Source of the DNA: Eledone cirrhosa
Lineage: Eukaryota
Direction: 5' to 3'
Assembly: GCA_964016885.1 (NCBI GenBank)
Contig: OZ024741.1
Coordinates: 131,192,001-131,256,000, forward strand
Length of the DNA stretch: 64,000 nucleotides
Shown: positions 45,126-55,968 of the stretch, in pieces
Position numbering within the stretch: the first letter of the stretch is position 1
Layout: each line of letters starts with the position of its first letter
The notes under the pieces: generated by a model
What the model was told of the DNA's origin: nothing
Database searches by the model: none
Seen by the model: only the letters and a program-made list of their open reading frames with translations
Position numbers and translations under genes: made by a program

Positions 45126-45359
45126 TCAACTATATGAACTCTTTTGAAAGTCAACAGTTGACATAATCTTGTAATCTTGTATCAGTAATGACGGTAAGAT
45201 ATATATATATATGTGTGTGTGTGTAAGTGAGTAGCGTGTGTGTGTTTGTTTGTATGTATGAGTGTTGGTGTGTGGTCTCGTATGTATGTGTGTGTGTGCG
45301 CGTGTGTGTATGTACGTCAATAGGTGAGTTTCTTGTTTTTGTTTTTTTCTTTTTTTTAT

Positions 45360-45640
45360 GCGCGGGGACATAGAAATAGTCGGGCTGGATACCCGATCGC
45401 ACAGTTAAGCCACTGGGAGTGAAGAACCCCTAGCCCTTGTCAGGGCATTCTTCTAGGAGAAGGCATCTCAGGAAACTGGGTCAACTCCGACATAAAACCT
45501 GCGGCTCAGTAGTTACCGATGATGTTGATCTTTTCTTCTTTTCGAGTTATAGCTACTGTCGCTCAGAGAGTGGGATTGGCTCAGTGCACAGTCTTTCCTC
45601 ACTTTAAAAATGTTCGTCACGCACAGGCATTGCACGATTG
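45360..45640 (+). mobile_element. Possible RTE-type 5' UTR remnant
   Basis: CTAGCCCTTGTCAGGGCA..CTAGGAGAAGG..TAAAACC resembles RTE 5' UTRs (recalled, unverified). Confidence 0.35.
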
Positions 45641-45932
45641 CATTAATCAGCCCTTGTGGCCAATAATGAAATCATTAATTAATAATCATTAATAGTGTAT
45701 TATTATTATTATTATTATTGAATGCCATGGTTGACGGAGGCTCGGCTCTGTAAGGTATAGTAATTTTTAACCGTTAAAACAATTGTAAATTGTTTAAAAC
45801 TTGAACCAAATTGTTGATAAAGACACCCTCCTCCTCGTGAGAGGGGTCTTTCTGTCCGTTATTTGGCCCTTCGGGGTTAAATATCCAGTTATTGGGGTTT
45901 TGTACCCAAAATTTCATTTTAAACAAAAAAAC

Positions 45933-48020
45933 ATGGCTACGAAAAAGAAATTTCATACGTCACTCCCACTCATTCCGTCTTCTTCTTCCTCAATCATCAC
46001 TACAGCAGAGAGAAGATTGTCTCTCTCCCTCCCTTCTTTAAATGTGTCTCTCTCCCTCCCTTCTCTTTCGCAAGCGACGAAAGAAAAGAAAAGTCTCGTG
46101 CAAAGCGTGCAAGGTTTCTCCACGACGACGACGACAGCGACGAAACAGGTGTGCGGGAAATACGAAAACCCAGTTCATTCGTCTGACGTCAGGAATAATA
46201 GCAGTAGCAGCCGTAATAACAACAGCAACAGTGACAATGAAAACAACAGTAGCAGCCGCAACAGCATCACCAGCAGCATAAACAACAACAGCATTAGCAG
46301 CAGCAACACCAACAACAACCACAGCAACAGCGGCGGAGGCAGTAGTCGTAGTACCTGCAGCAACAACAAAAGTACCAGCAGCTCTGACGACAACAACAAC
46401 AGCAGAGAAAAACCAATCTCATTTGCAGGTATTGCGAAAAACTTGGAAACAATCCTCATAACAAATGAGGAATTAGAGGAAGCGAAGAAGATGGTGACAA
46501 AGAACGGACACCGAGCAATCTGCAAGGCAGCGAAAAATTTTTTCGAAACCCAAGAGCACTGTACGGTCACGTACCGTACAGTAAGTACAAAATCCCGTAG
46601 GGTGGAAAGAGCCACAGAGGCCCAAATACAAAAAGCCTTGGGGTCTGTGTGGCAGAGGAAAACGCACATCACCCGAGGCAAAAAATACGCCACCGTAGAC
46701 GTACTTTTTGCCACACCCCAGGAGGCAAAGGCCCAATCAGTAGTGACCCTAAGGAGCGAGGAAATGGTGTTGGTGCCCTCCTACTGCGGGCAAAAAATTG
46801 TGAGGGTCAAACTGACCCACGTCCCCCCCGGAATGACCCCTTCTTGGCTGGCCGCGTCTGTCCTCGTCGGAATCGAGGACAAAACAACTGTACTGCAAGT
46901 ACAGAAAAAAGTAAGAGAAGATTGGGTCGGCTCCTCCATTGAGATGCTAATCCAAACCAACCAGGAGTGCATCGAAGCTATCCCGGATGTGATAGACTTC
47001 GATAACGGCACTCAACTGCCCATAAGTGTTGAGGGCAAACGCCCGAAATGCTTTCGCTGTGGATCGAAGACTCACCTCAGGGCCTTCTGCAACGAGAAGA
47101 CCCTGAACAAGGAGAAAACCCCCCTCCTTCCGAATCCGGCTCCACGGCTACCAGCAACAGGACAAGCGGCAACCAGGAACGATAGGTCCGTGGCACCCAT
47201 ACCCACTCCACGGAAATCAAAGACAGCAGCAGCAGTGGAAATATTAACAACAACAACAGCAATACCAAATGCAGCTGCAACAGAGACTCCAGTGCAAACA
47301 TCACCAACAACAACAAGTGAAAGAGTGGAGCTGGTACCCCTCCCCGACCTTACAGAATCAGACATGGAGTGTGAGGTGGGAGAGGGATGGCAAAAGGTCG
47401 CAAGAAGGCACAAACGCAGAAGCAGCGCATCGTCGCCTTTGAAAAGGGAGGAAAGAAATGAGAAAAGGGTAAAGTCTACTGCAAAGAGACCCACAGCAGC
47501 AACACCATCACCACCCACACCAGCACCACCATCACCACCGGCGACAACCCCACCGCCAACAACACCTTCAACACCACCACCACAAGCACCAACATCGCAA
47601 ACACAACAACAAAACACACACACCCAGCAACAACGACAAGAAAATAGCAGAACCACACCCCACCCCCAGAAAAACAAATGCACGGCAATAAACACACACA
47701 ACAAGAAACTAATGACTTACATAATTGAACACACAGACATTTCACAACAGGACTACATAATACCAGCACCAATCAAAACGCCAACTAACATAAGACTGCT
47801 AAAAATAGCACAGAAACAATACACAAACATTAAAACGAAATTCCCCAACGCAGTTGGTGATTTCAGGGACCTAGGAGGAACCATTAATCGAAGAGTATAT
47901 TCAGACATTCTCTTAGAAGAGGCGACGACCAGCCGAAGGGACGATTCAACGGTCCCTTCACCAGACGATCAAGTGAAAAGGGATGTAAAAACCATCCCTC
48001 CTCTACCAAAAGTACGGTAA
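45933..48020 (+). CDS. Tx1 ORF1 (gag-like, CCHC zinc knuckle, low-complexity S/N and P/T tracts)
   Basis: First ATG in frame at 45933 (AACATGGCT); CFRCGSKTHLRAFC fits Cx2Cx4Hx4C. Confidence 0.88.
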   Translation: MATKKKFHTSLPLIPSSSSSIITTAERRLSLSLPSLNVSLSLPSLSQATKEKKSLVQSVQGFSTTTTTATKQVCGKYENPVHSSDVRNNSSSSRNNNSNSDNENNSSSRNSITSSINNNSISSSNTNNNHSNSGGGSSRSTCSNNKSTSSSDDNNNSREKPISFAGIAKNLETILITNEELEEAKKMVTKNGHRAICKAAKNFFETQEHCTVTYRTVSTKSRRVERATEAQIQKALGSVWQRKTHITRGKKYATVDVLFATPQEAKAQSVVTLRSEEMVLVPSYCGQKIVRVKLTHVPPGMTPSWLAASVLVGIEDKTTVLQVQKKVREDWVGSSIEMLIQTNQECIEAIPDVIDFDNGTQLPISVEGKRPKCFRCGSKTHLRAFCNEKTLNKEKTPLLPNPAPRLPATGQAATRNDRSVAPIPTPRKSKTAAAVEILTTTTAIPNAAATETPVQTSPTTTSERVELVPLPDLTESDMECEVGEGWQKVARRHKRRSSASSPLKREERNEKRVKSTAKRPTAATPSPPTPAPPSPPATTPPPTTPSTPPPQAPTSQTQQQNTHTQQQRQENSRTTPHPQKNKCTAINTHNKKLMTYIIEHTDISQQDYIIPAPIKTPTNIRLLKIAQKQYTNIKTKFPNAVGDFRDLGGTINRRVYSDILLEEATTSRRDDSTVPSPDDQVKRDVKTIPPLPKVR

Positions 48021-48055
48021 GTGGTCTTTCCCATCTTTTCCACTCTATTTTAAAC

Positions 48056-51000
48056 ATGACCTCACTCAGAATAGGCAGCATAAATGCGCGTGGCTTGGGG
48101 TCGTCATGGAAGCAGGGTCACCTGCTCAACGACCTCAGGTCACTAAACATAGATGTAGTGGCCATCAGCGAGACCAGAATCTCCGAAGCACGGGCCTTCG
48201 CACCGATCTTCGGCGGCTACGATGTGTACGCATCTCCCAGCCGTCCTGGATCGGGTGGAGGAGTTGCTGTGCTTTTTCGGAGAGGTTTGGATCTCGCCAT
48301 ACGGGCCATCTTCCTGGACCCAGAGGGTAAGCTGGTGGTGCTGGACGTGACCAGCGGAGACGGGCAAGCTTTCAGGCTAGTGGCCGTCTATGCCCCGACA
48401 GGAGCAGGGCGGCCTGATTTCTTCCGGCGTCTGGAGACCTTTCTTGGAACGTCCCGCTCTTTAGTGTTAGTGGGCGACTGGAACGGGATCTTAGATGCAC
48501 GCTGGGACTGTGTGGGATTAGCGGATAGGGGTGGAGGGTGCAAGAGCCTCACCAACCTGCTCAGGCGTTTTGAACTGTCTGACAGGTACCGATTGGATTT
48601 CCCGAATGTGCCAATGTGGACTTGGACAAACCGCATAGGGTCATCCAGATCATATCTAGATAGAGTATTTTGTAGGGAAATAGATAGGTCTAGCATAGGC
48701 TGTCCACAATTCAAGATAGTCAGCTACACGGACCACAAATTCGTGATCTGTGTGCTTGACTTAGATAGGCTTCATAGACGAGGACCCGGCTACTGGAAGC
48801 TAAACGCGTCCTTACCAGCGCGCAAGGCCTACAGAGACCGGATTAGCGAACTAGTTAAGCGGGCGTTGACGGGGGCCATCGTCAACAACAAGTGGTGGTT
48901 TGCTCTGAAAAGAGCGATTAGAATAGAATCGATTAGGTTTAGTAAGGCTTTAGCAATAGAGAAAAATAGAGCAGAGGGAGAACTAGTTAGAAAATTAGAC
49001 GAGGCGCTTAGCAAAGGCATTGCGACCGACGTGCTTGCGGCGAAATTGGCCCTTGACCAATTCTTCAATGCAAAGCACGAAGGCTGCGTTGTCAGAGCTA
49101 GGGTGCGTGCTCTCAGACACGAGGGGACGAAAGCCGTTCAATGGGCCCGAGTGGCGGAGGCGCGTCGTGGCAACAAAGCCACGATCCGGTCTTTGGTGGA
49201 CCACGACGGGCGCATGCTACTCGATCCCGGGCAAATGTGTGAAGCTTTTCAGCGACACTTCGCTCAGCTGTTCGGGGGCAGCGGGGGGCCGGGTAGAGGG
49301 ATGGACTTTAGTGTCTACCTCGACGGACTGCCGCGGCTCTCGGCCACTGAGGCGAAGTGTTGCGAAAAGCCGATAACAGCCGCTGAAGTACGGGAGGCAA
49401 TGACTGGCTGCACAAGGGGTAAATCGCCTGGTTTAGATGGTCTGCCCTATGAACTTTACGTACAGATGCCAGTCTTGTTCGGAGGCCTCTTGGCGGACGT
49501 CTACTGCAACTGGCAACAGAACGGGAGAATTCCCAGTTCTGTGAGCCGAGGAGCGGTGGCACTGCTGAGAAAGGATCCGAACAAGGGAGATAACATAGAC
49601 AATTTCCGGCCCATAACTCTGCTAAACACAGAGTTTAAGATTTTGGCCAAGGTGCTAGCAAAGAGGTTGGCGCTTGTCGTTGGTGGTCTGGTGGGAGAGG
49701 CGCAGACATGCGCCATTCCCGACAGATCCATCCACGACAACCTCCACCTCATGCGATACATCGTAGAGAGGGTAGCTAGGGAACCTGGCACGGGTGGGTC
49801 CTTGATCAATTTAGATCAGTCGAAAGCTTTCGATAGGGTCGACCATCGTTACCTAGCGGCAGTCCTGAGGGCGGCTGGCTTTGGGCCCGTCTTCAGAGGC
49901 TGGATCGCTGCCATGCACAGCGACATCTGCTCTGTGGTGAGAGTGAACGGTCACCTGTCGGAACCGTTCAACATCATGCGCTCGGTCCGCCAAGGATGTC
50001 CCCTCTCGTCCCTCTTGTACGTATTGACTCTCGAGCCATTACTGCACAAACTGGAGACGTTGAGGGGAGTCCCGCGCGAACTAGGATGCGGAAGATCCGT
50101 GTCAGCATATGCGGACGATGTCACCGTAGTGGTGTCGAACGCCAAACACATCGAGGCGATCGGCACTACACTAAGAGAATACGAAGCGGTGACAGGAGCA
50201 ATGATCAACCAGGAAAAGTCAGTGGGCCTGCAGCTCGGCACCTGGAGAGGCAGGTCCATGCCGTCCAACAGCGTCGTCGGGCGCTGGACGGACGGACCGG
50301 TTAAATTGCTAGGGGTCTGGTTCGGTCCGGACCTCCAGACGGACAAAAACTGGGACGAGGTGACGAGCAGGGTGGCTTCTCTCACCCAGAAATGGGCGGA
50401 GAGGAAGCTATCCCTGAAAGGTCGAGCGGAGGTGGCTAACGCGTACATCGCGTCTGTCATCTGCTACCGCCTAACCGTCGTACCTTGTCCTAAGCCTCGC
50501 CTGACTGCGCTGGAGCGTTTGCTCTTTCGCTTTTTGTGGAAGGGACGTGCTCCGATGGTCAGGCGGTCCATCTGTTGTCAACACCCGCTACGTGGAGGGC
50601 TGGGCATGCCGTGGCTGATGATGCGCAGGCACGCGCTCAGGCTACGACATCTCCACCTCTTCCTCGACGGTGATCAGGTGTGGTCGCCGTTTGCTAGACG
50701 CGTTTTTCCCCAGCTCGTTTCCTTGACGGAGCTGCAGTCCTGGGTCAAGCGAAGACCGAGAGGGAGCGCCTGGAGACTGGAATGTCTTCAGGCGCTCACA
50801 GCCCTCGACCAATCGGGCAATGTGATCGGTGGAAACTCCACCTCGGCGTTCTATAGAGGATTAGTGGAGGGGAAGAGCGACGACGTACTTGGGGAAACTC
50901 TAGGCGTCGACGAAAATCAACTAGCCAATCTCTTCGGAAGAACTTTCGGGCCGGGGCCTATGGACAACTTCCAGAAATCTCTGGCCTGGCAGTGCTACCG

Positions 51001-51475
51001 AGGAGCCTTGCCAGTTCGGGATAAACTCTACAGGCATGGAGGTGCCGTCAGCCGGGCATGTCCGAGATGCGCGCAGGGCGACGAAACCGTCCTGCACGCA
51101 CTCGTCCAGTGTCCGAAAATTGCTGACTTGTGGGTTTATGTCGAACACCTGCTGTCGCGTTTAGGACGGATCCAGCTATCATCTGAGTCTATCGTGAGGA
51201 TTGCCCCGCCCTCCTCCTTTAGCCGGGAAGGGCAGGCAGTTTTTATCTGTCTGGTGGCCATGGCGAAAGAGATAGTATGGTGGACACGTTTGAAAGGGCT
51301 GAAGACGAGCACTTACCTCTTCGGTGATGCTCTGATTGACTTTTTCAAATTTCATTTGAAAAGGAAAATCAGAGTAGAGAAGGAAGTGCTCTCTTCCCAG
51401 CATTTTGTTGAAAGATGGGTGAGAGAAGCAAGAATGGCCCGAGTGAATGGGCCGACTCTGAGTATATATCTGTAA
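48056..51475 (+). CDS. Tx1 ORF2: APE endonuclease + reverse transcriptase + CCHC
   Basis: 1139 aa; NARG, SET, GDWN, TDH, GPGYWKLN, PGLDG, FRPITLLN, KAFDRV, VRQGCPLS, YADD, CPRC..ETVLHALVQC. Confidence 0.97.
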   Translation: MTSLRIGSINARGLGSSWKQGHLLNDLRSLNIDVVAISETRISEARAFAPIFGGYDVYASPSRPGSGGGVAVLFRRGLDLAIRAIFLDPEGKLVVLDVTSGDGQAFRLVAVYAPTGAGRPDFFRRLETFLGTSRSLVLVGDWNGILDARWDCVGLADRGGGCKSLTNLLRRFELSDRYRLDFPNVPMWTWTNRIGSSRSYLDRVFCREIDRSSIGCPQFKIVSYTDHKFVICVLDLDRLHRRGPGYWKLNASLPARKAYRDRISELVKRALTGAIVNNKWWFALKRAIRIESIRFSKALAIEKNRAEGELVRKLDEALSKGIATDVLAAKLALDQFFNAKHEGCVVRARVRALRHEGTKAVQWARVAEARRGNKATIRSLVDHDGRMLLDPGQMCEAFQRHFAQLFGGSGGPGRGMDFSVYLDGLPRLSATEAKCCEKPITAAEVREAMTGCTRGKSPGLDGLPYELYVQMPVLFGGLLADVYCNWQQNGRIPSSVSRGAVALLRKDPNKGDNIDNFRPITLLNTEFKILAKVLAKRLALVVGGLVGEAQTCAIPDRSIHDNLHLMRYIVERVAREPGTGGSLINLDQSKAFDRVDHRYLAAVLRAAGFGPVFRGWIAAMHSDICSVVRVNGHLSEPFNIMRSVRQGCPLSSLLYVLTLEPLLHKLETLRGVPRELGCGRSVSAYADDVTVVVSNAKHIEAIGTTLREYEAVTGAMINQEKSVGLQLGTWRGRSMPSNSVVGRWTDGPVKLLGVWFGPDLQTDKNWDEVTSRVASLTQKWAERKLSLKGRAEVANAYIASVICYRLTVVPCPKPRLTALERLLFRFLWKGRAPMVRRSICCQHPLRGGLGMPWLMMRRHALRLRHLHLFLDGDQVWSPFARRVFPQLVSLTELQSWVKRRPRGSAWRLECLQALTALDQSGNVIGGNSTSAFYRGLVEGKSDDVLGETLGVDENQLANLFGRTFGPGPMDNFQKSLAWQCYRGALPVRDKLYRHGGAVSRACPRCAQGDETVLHALVQCPKIADLWVYVEHLLSRLGRIQLSSESIVRIAPPSSFSREGQAVFICLVAMAKEIVWWTRLKGLKTSTYLFGDALIDFFKFHLKRKIRVEKEVLSSQHFVERWVREARMARVNGPTLSIYL

Positions 51476-51797
51476 ACTAAAGGTGGAAAACTGGGAGAGG
51501 GCACTTGCCTTGGTGGTCAGGGTCATTGTGGCTTTTTACTGGGCTTTCTCCACAAATGTCCCTCCGAAGTCTCCCCCCTATTGGGGAATTTTTCATTGTT
51601 ATTTTCATTGTTATTTTTGTTACATCCTCTGTTTTTGTTTTTTTACACGCAGAAATGCCCATTTGTACCGTCCTGCATTGTCCTGCACTGTCCTTAATGT
51701 CTACTTTATGTAAACCCTTGTGGTTAATAAAGAAATCATTATTATTATTATTATTATTATTATTGTTATTATTATTATTATTATTATTATTAAAATA

Positions 51798-51853
51798 AAG
51801 TGCCAGTGATACACTGGAATAATTGCTGGCCTTGTGCCAAAAAGTAGAAACAA
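51798..51853 (+). mobile_element. SINE 3' stub ending in (ATT)n
   Basis: GCTGGCCTTGTGCCAAAAAGTAGAAACAATTATT, the reverse complement of the 6251/19101 family. Confidence 0.7.
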
Positions 51854-51883
51854 TTATTATTATTATTATTAGTATTATTACAG

Positions 51884-54800
51884 TTGCATTTATCTTGCTT
51901 TATGTTCATACGAGTTATCACCAAGTCACAACCAGTGACCTCAAGAGACAAGATCCGCCATGTTCAGGAAAGAACATACATACACACACATGCATCTTTA
52001 GGTGTTTAGACTTGTGATGTACTTATATTGACAGAATCTTCCTTAGTATATGGGCAGTTCCCATTAGTACTATCTTTTGTATTTCTCCTAAACGCGGGTT
52101 TCCTGGGATTTGCGATAAGTAATCAATAGACCCCTTAGGTATCATTCCCAGAGCGCCTACAACCACTGGTATTGTTTTAGTTCTCAATTTCCACATTTTT
52201 CAAATTTCTATCTCCAGGTCCTTATACTTGCTCAATTTTCCAATGTTTTTATAGATACATTCTTGTCTATTGGAACAGACATATCAATTAGCAGGCATAC
52301 CCTCTTTTTAAAGTCCTTCAATATTATATCAGGTCTATTTGCATCTATTTTTCGGTCTGTTTGGATGCTAAAGTTCCACAGGATTGAGATGTGATCTTTT
52401 TCAAGTATGGGAGGTGGTTGATGCTCCCACCAATTCTTTTGATGGGGCAGGTCAAAATGCTTACACATTATCCAATGTATGTATTGTGCAGCTCTGTCAT
52501 GCCTGTTTAGGTATTCGGTTGGAGCTATAGGACTGCACGTTGAAATTATATGGTCAATGGTCTCTGGTTGTTTTTTGCATACACGGCATAATGGGCTGCA
52601 TCCATTTTTAATATGTTGGCTTGGTAATTTTTTGTTGGCAGACACTGATCTTGTGCTGATATAATCAGTCCTTCACTCTCCGATTTCAGTCCAGGGGATG
52701 CCAACCACTGATGGGTTAAAGTTTTGTCAACATCAGGATTGTTAGCTCGTTCTGGGTATTTTCCATACTGAGGCTTTTCTTGCCATTTCTTAGCCAGTTT
52801 CTGTAGCAGTTCTTTCTTTGCAGTTACTTTTACCTGCTTTGCTTTTTCTGTGTTTTCCATTTCAGCAGTAAATGGGACTTCTGAAATTTGTAGTCCATTA
52901 CTGTATCTTTGTGCATCTTTTGTAATGGAATATGATCTTTTGATGCTTTCGTGTTTCAAAACGAGTTTGATCATCCAATCATGTGATTCCCTTAGATATG
53001 TAGATAATCCAATTGTCGCAGTTTTCAACGCAATGTCTAACTGGATTAACCCACGTCCTCCTTCTTTCCTAGGGAGATATATTCTATCTATATCTGCCTT
53101 AGGGTGATGCATTCTGTGCATGGTTAAGAATTTTCGAATTTTTGTATCGAGCCTACGGATCTCTGTGCTTGATCTGTTGATGACATTGTAACTGTAGGTT
53201 ACTACAGGTATGGCAAGCGTGTTTATGGCATCGATCCTATTCCTTGCATTCAATTCCGTTCTTAAGATCGCTCTTACTCTGCGGTAACATTCCTTCCTTA
53301 TCCTTTCCCTCATTGTCGAGTGCTTGATTCCGTCTCCTTCACAAGCACCTAGATATTTGTAAGTTTTTTCTTGATCAAGTTCTCTTATCACGTTCTCCCG
53401 ATCAAGATTAATGTCTGAACTCTTCAGCAGCTTTCCTCTGGTGAACGTTGCTTTGGCGCATTTATCTAGTCCAAACTCCATTTTAATGTCATCACTGAAC
53501 TGCTCCACAGTGGATAATAGCCCTTGCAATTGTTCATCATTTTTTGCAAATAGTTTCAGGTCATCCATGTAGAACAGGTGATTAATGGTTTTGTCATAGA
53601 CTTTATATCCATGTTTTGTTTCATTGAGCATTTTACTTAATGGTATAAGTGCGATGCAGAATAAAAGCGGTGATAAAGAGTCACCCTGAAAAATTCCACA
53701 ATTAATATTAACTTCTCCAGCTTCCAGTGATTTTGTTTCACTATTCAAAAGGAGTGTCGTTTTCCATGTCTTCATACTGAATGACAAAAACCTCCTGACA
53801 ACGGGGGATATTTTGAAAATCTCTAAACATTTTTCAATCCAACTGTGTGGCAAACTATCGAATGCTTTTTTATAATCTATCCAAGCAATCGATAGATTTT
53901 TGTGTCTATTATGACAATCTTCCAGTATCATTTTGTTAACCAGAAGCTGATCCTTACAGCCATATGAGCCTCGTTTACACCCTTTCTGCTCAATGGGAAA
54001 TAGGTCATTTGTTATCAGGTGGTCATATGTGTATTCAGTTAGGACTGATGTTAAAATTTTATACATTGTGGTCAAGCAAGTTATCGGTCTGTAATTTTGG
54101 GGATTGTTTGTCTCATCATTCTTCGGAAGCAGGAATGTAATGCCGTTAACTAGCCATGATGGTATCTTTTCTGGCTCCTTAACTATTTCATTGTAAAGTT
54201 GGGCTAACAGCTCATGAGACTCTGTGAAGGCATTTATCCAAAAGTTTTGTATTTTGTCTTTTCCTGGGGATTTCCATTTGCTGGTTTTTCTTAGAGCCAA
54301 GCGCAACTGTTCAACTGTTATATTTTCCCATATTTGTTCCTCAAGGTGAGCTGTATCTTTCATTTGTCTGTCTATCCATGGGGCATGTATGTTATGAAAT
54401 GTTTCTTCGGCCCAGATCTTTTCCCAGAATTCTTGCACTTCCTCCTTGGGTGGTATTGATTTAGCAGTTATTGTTGACTTACCAATTATTCTGTAGAAGT
54501 TTCTTTGGTTGTTTTTGAACATATTATTGTCCTTATAGAATCTAGATCGTTTTTCAAAGCGCCTTATACGAGCAGCTTTAGCCGACACTTTTTGCTTGAT
54601 TATTTCTATCAACATGTCTATGTCACATGTTGATTTTATACTGTACTTTTCTTTCAATTTTCTAAGTTTAGTTTGTTTAACATGTTCACCTACTTTATAT
54701 TTTGTTAAAATTTCTATGTCAGATCGGAGAAGGTTTATTTGGCGATTGATGTTCTCTTGCCAAGTAGATTTCTTGTGGGAATTCCTTTGTATTTTCATCT

Positions 54801-55835
54801 TCACTCCACATAAGTGAGTGGTAACTTTAGCCGATGCATAATAGAGATGATTTAAATCAGTAATGTTTAGTTTGTTTGTGATGATAATGTTTTTGAGAAT
54901 TATGTTAGTCTTGTGTATTATCTTTTGGTTCTGTTTGGAGTTCTGGATCTTAGGGAGGGTGTCTCGTTGTCCCATGTCAGATTCTTTCATTTTCATCCAT
55001 TCGATCAAAATTTCATCCTTCAAGTTGGCAAGTTCATTCTCATTCCTTTCTTTATCATTTACGATCTCATTATTTTCATTTGGAGTTTCATCCTGAGCAT
55101 GCACTCCCTCCACTTTTTCGATCCTTTCTTTAATTTGTTCTGTTGCCAGTGATTCCGCCCCATCCCTGGGATTCGAAGTGTTACAGTTTACCTCGTTTTC
55201 ACTGACACATGTTTCATTTTCCCTTCGCTGACTTTGTGCTAATAGCTTGATCTGATCAATTTCTATATCAGTTAGTAACTTTTTTCTTACAATATTTCTT
55301 CGTATATTGGCTAGTTTGTTACTGTCAGTATAGCCTCTGTTTTCGGGATGTTTCTTTTTCCAGTTGATATATCTCTGTTCTGTATTCGATGTATTTGATG
55401 GGTAGTACATGGCAGTGTAGAAAGCCTCAAGGACTTCTTTATTATCTTCCCTTGACCATTTTTCTCTCTTTTTCTTTGGATTTCTTGGTGGTGAGCATGG
55501 AGGGCCAACAGTAGGAGTATTCCGGTTATGGGAGGTCTCCAGCTCCGAAGTGATGGGATGGTTTGAACCATTAGCTGATTTTTCGACCCCAGTCTGGTTC
55601 CTCTCTGAGGGACGCGGCCCTTTTTTACCCGGGTGACGGCCGATCCGGTATGAGATTTTATCATTAGACATTTACTTTATTTTGTCGCGTTTTATCCTTA
55701 TCCGCCAAGGGGTAATCATTTCGTGTTACCACTTCTAGAACGAGTGTCAACCAAGACTAGAGGGGTCGTTCTCCCCTAGAGACAAGGCTATTCCCCGCCG
55801 GCCGCCATCCCGGTATTTCTTGGTCACGGGGTTTT
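51884..55835 (-). mobile_element. R4/Dong-like non-LTR retrotransposon, full length, recently inactivated
   Basis: Single ORF with RT (NYRPITCL, GIFQGDSLSP, FYMDD), CCHC (CRVC..ETIDHIISTC) and RLE (RHD, RPD..LID..K.KY). The 3' end abuts (TAA)n. Confidence 0.92.
52023..55671 (-). pseudogene. R4/Dong RT-RLE polyprotein; 1041 aa open, then frameshifts at ~52610 and ~52240 and a stop
   Basis: Comparison with the second copy (57024-58140) locates the 1-bp deletions and a GGA>TGA change. Confidence 0.88.
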
Positions 55836-55914
55836 CTTTTTGTTGTTTTTTTTAAATTGTTATTATCATGAGTGATTCCTTAATGTGAGCATTGCGTGGC
55901 TTAAGAATGAAATT

Positions 55915-55968
55915 ATTAATAATTGTCTCCACTCCAGGCACAAGGCCAGCAATCACCCAGTGCATTAC
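55915..55968 (-). mobile_element. SINE 3' stub
   Basis: AATAATTGTCTCCACTCCAGGCACAAGGCCAGCAATC. Confidence 0.6.

Larger units (their letters stand above)
45720..51737 (+). mobile_element. Intact Tx1/L1-clade LINE, family A copy 1
   Basis: Two uninterrupted ORFs. The 3' end AATAAAGAAATC is joined directly to (ATT)n, and (ATT)n also lies at the 5' flank. Confidence 0.95.

Noticed and set aside
45380-45430. Possible twister-, pistol- or HDV-like ribozyme in the RTE-like UTR remnant
   Set aside because: Only isolated hairpins; the consensus cores could not be fitted by eye.
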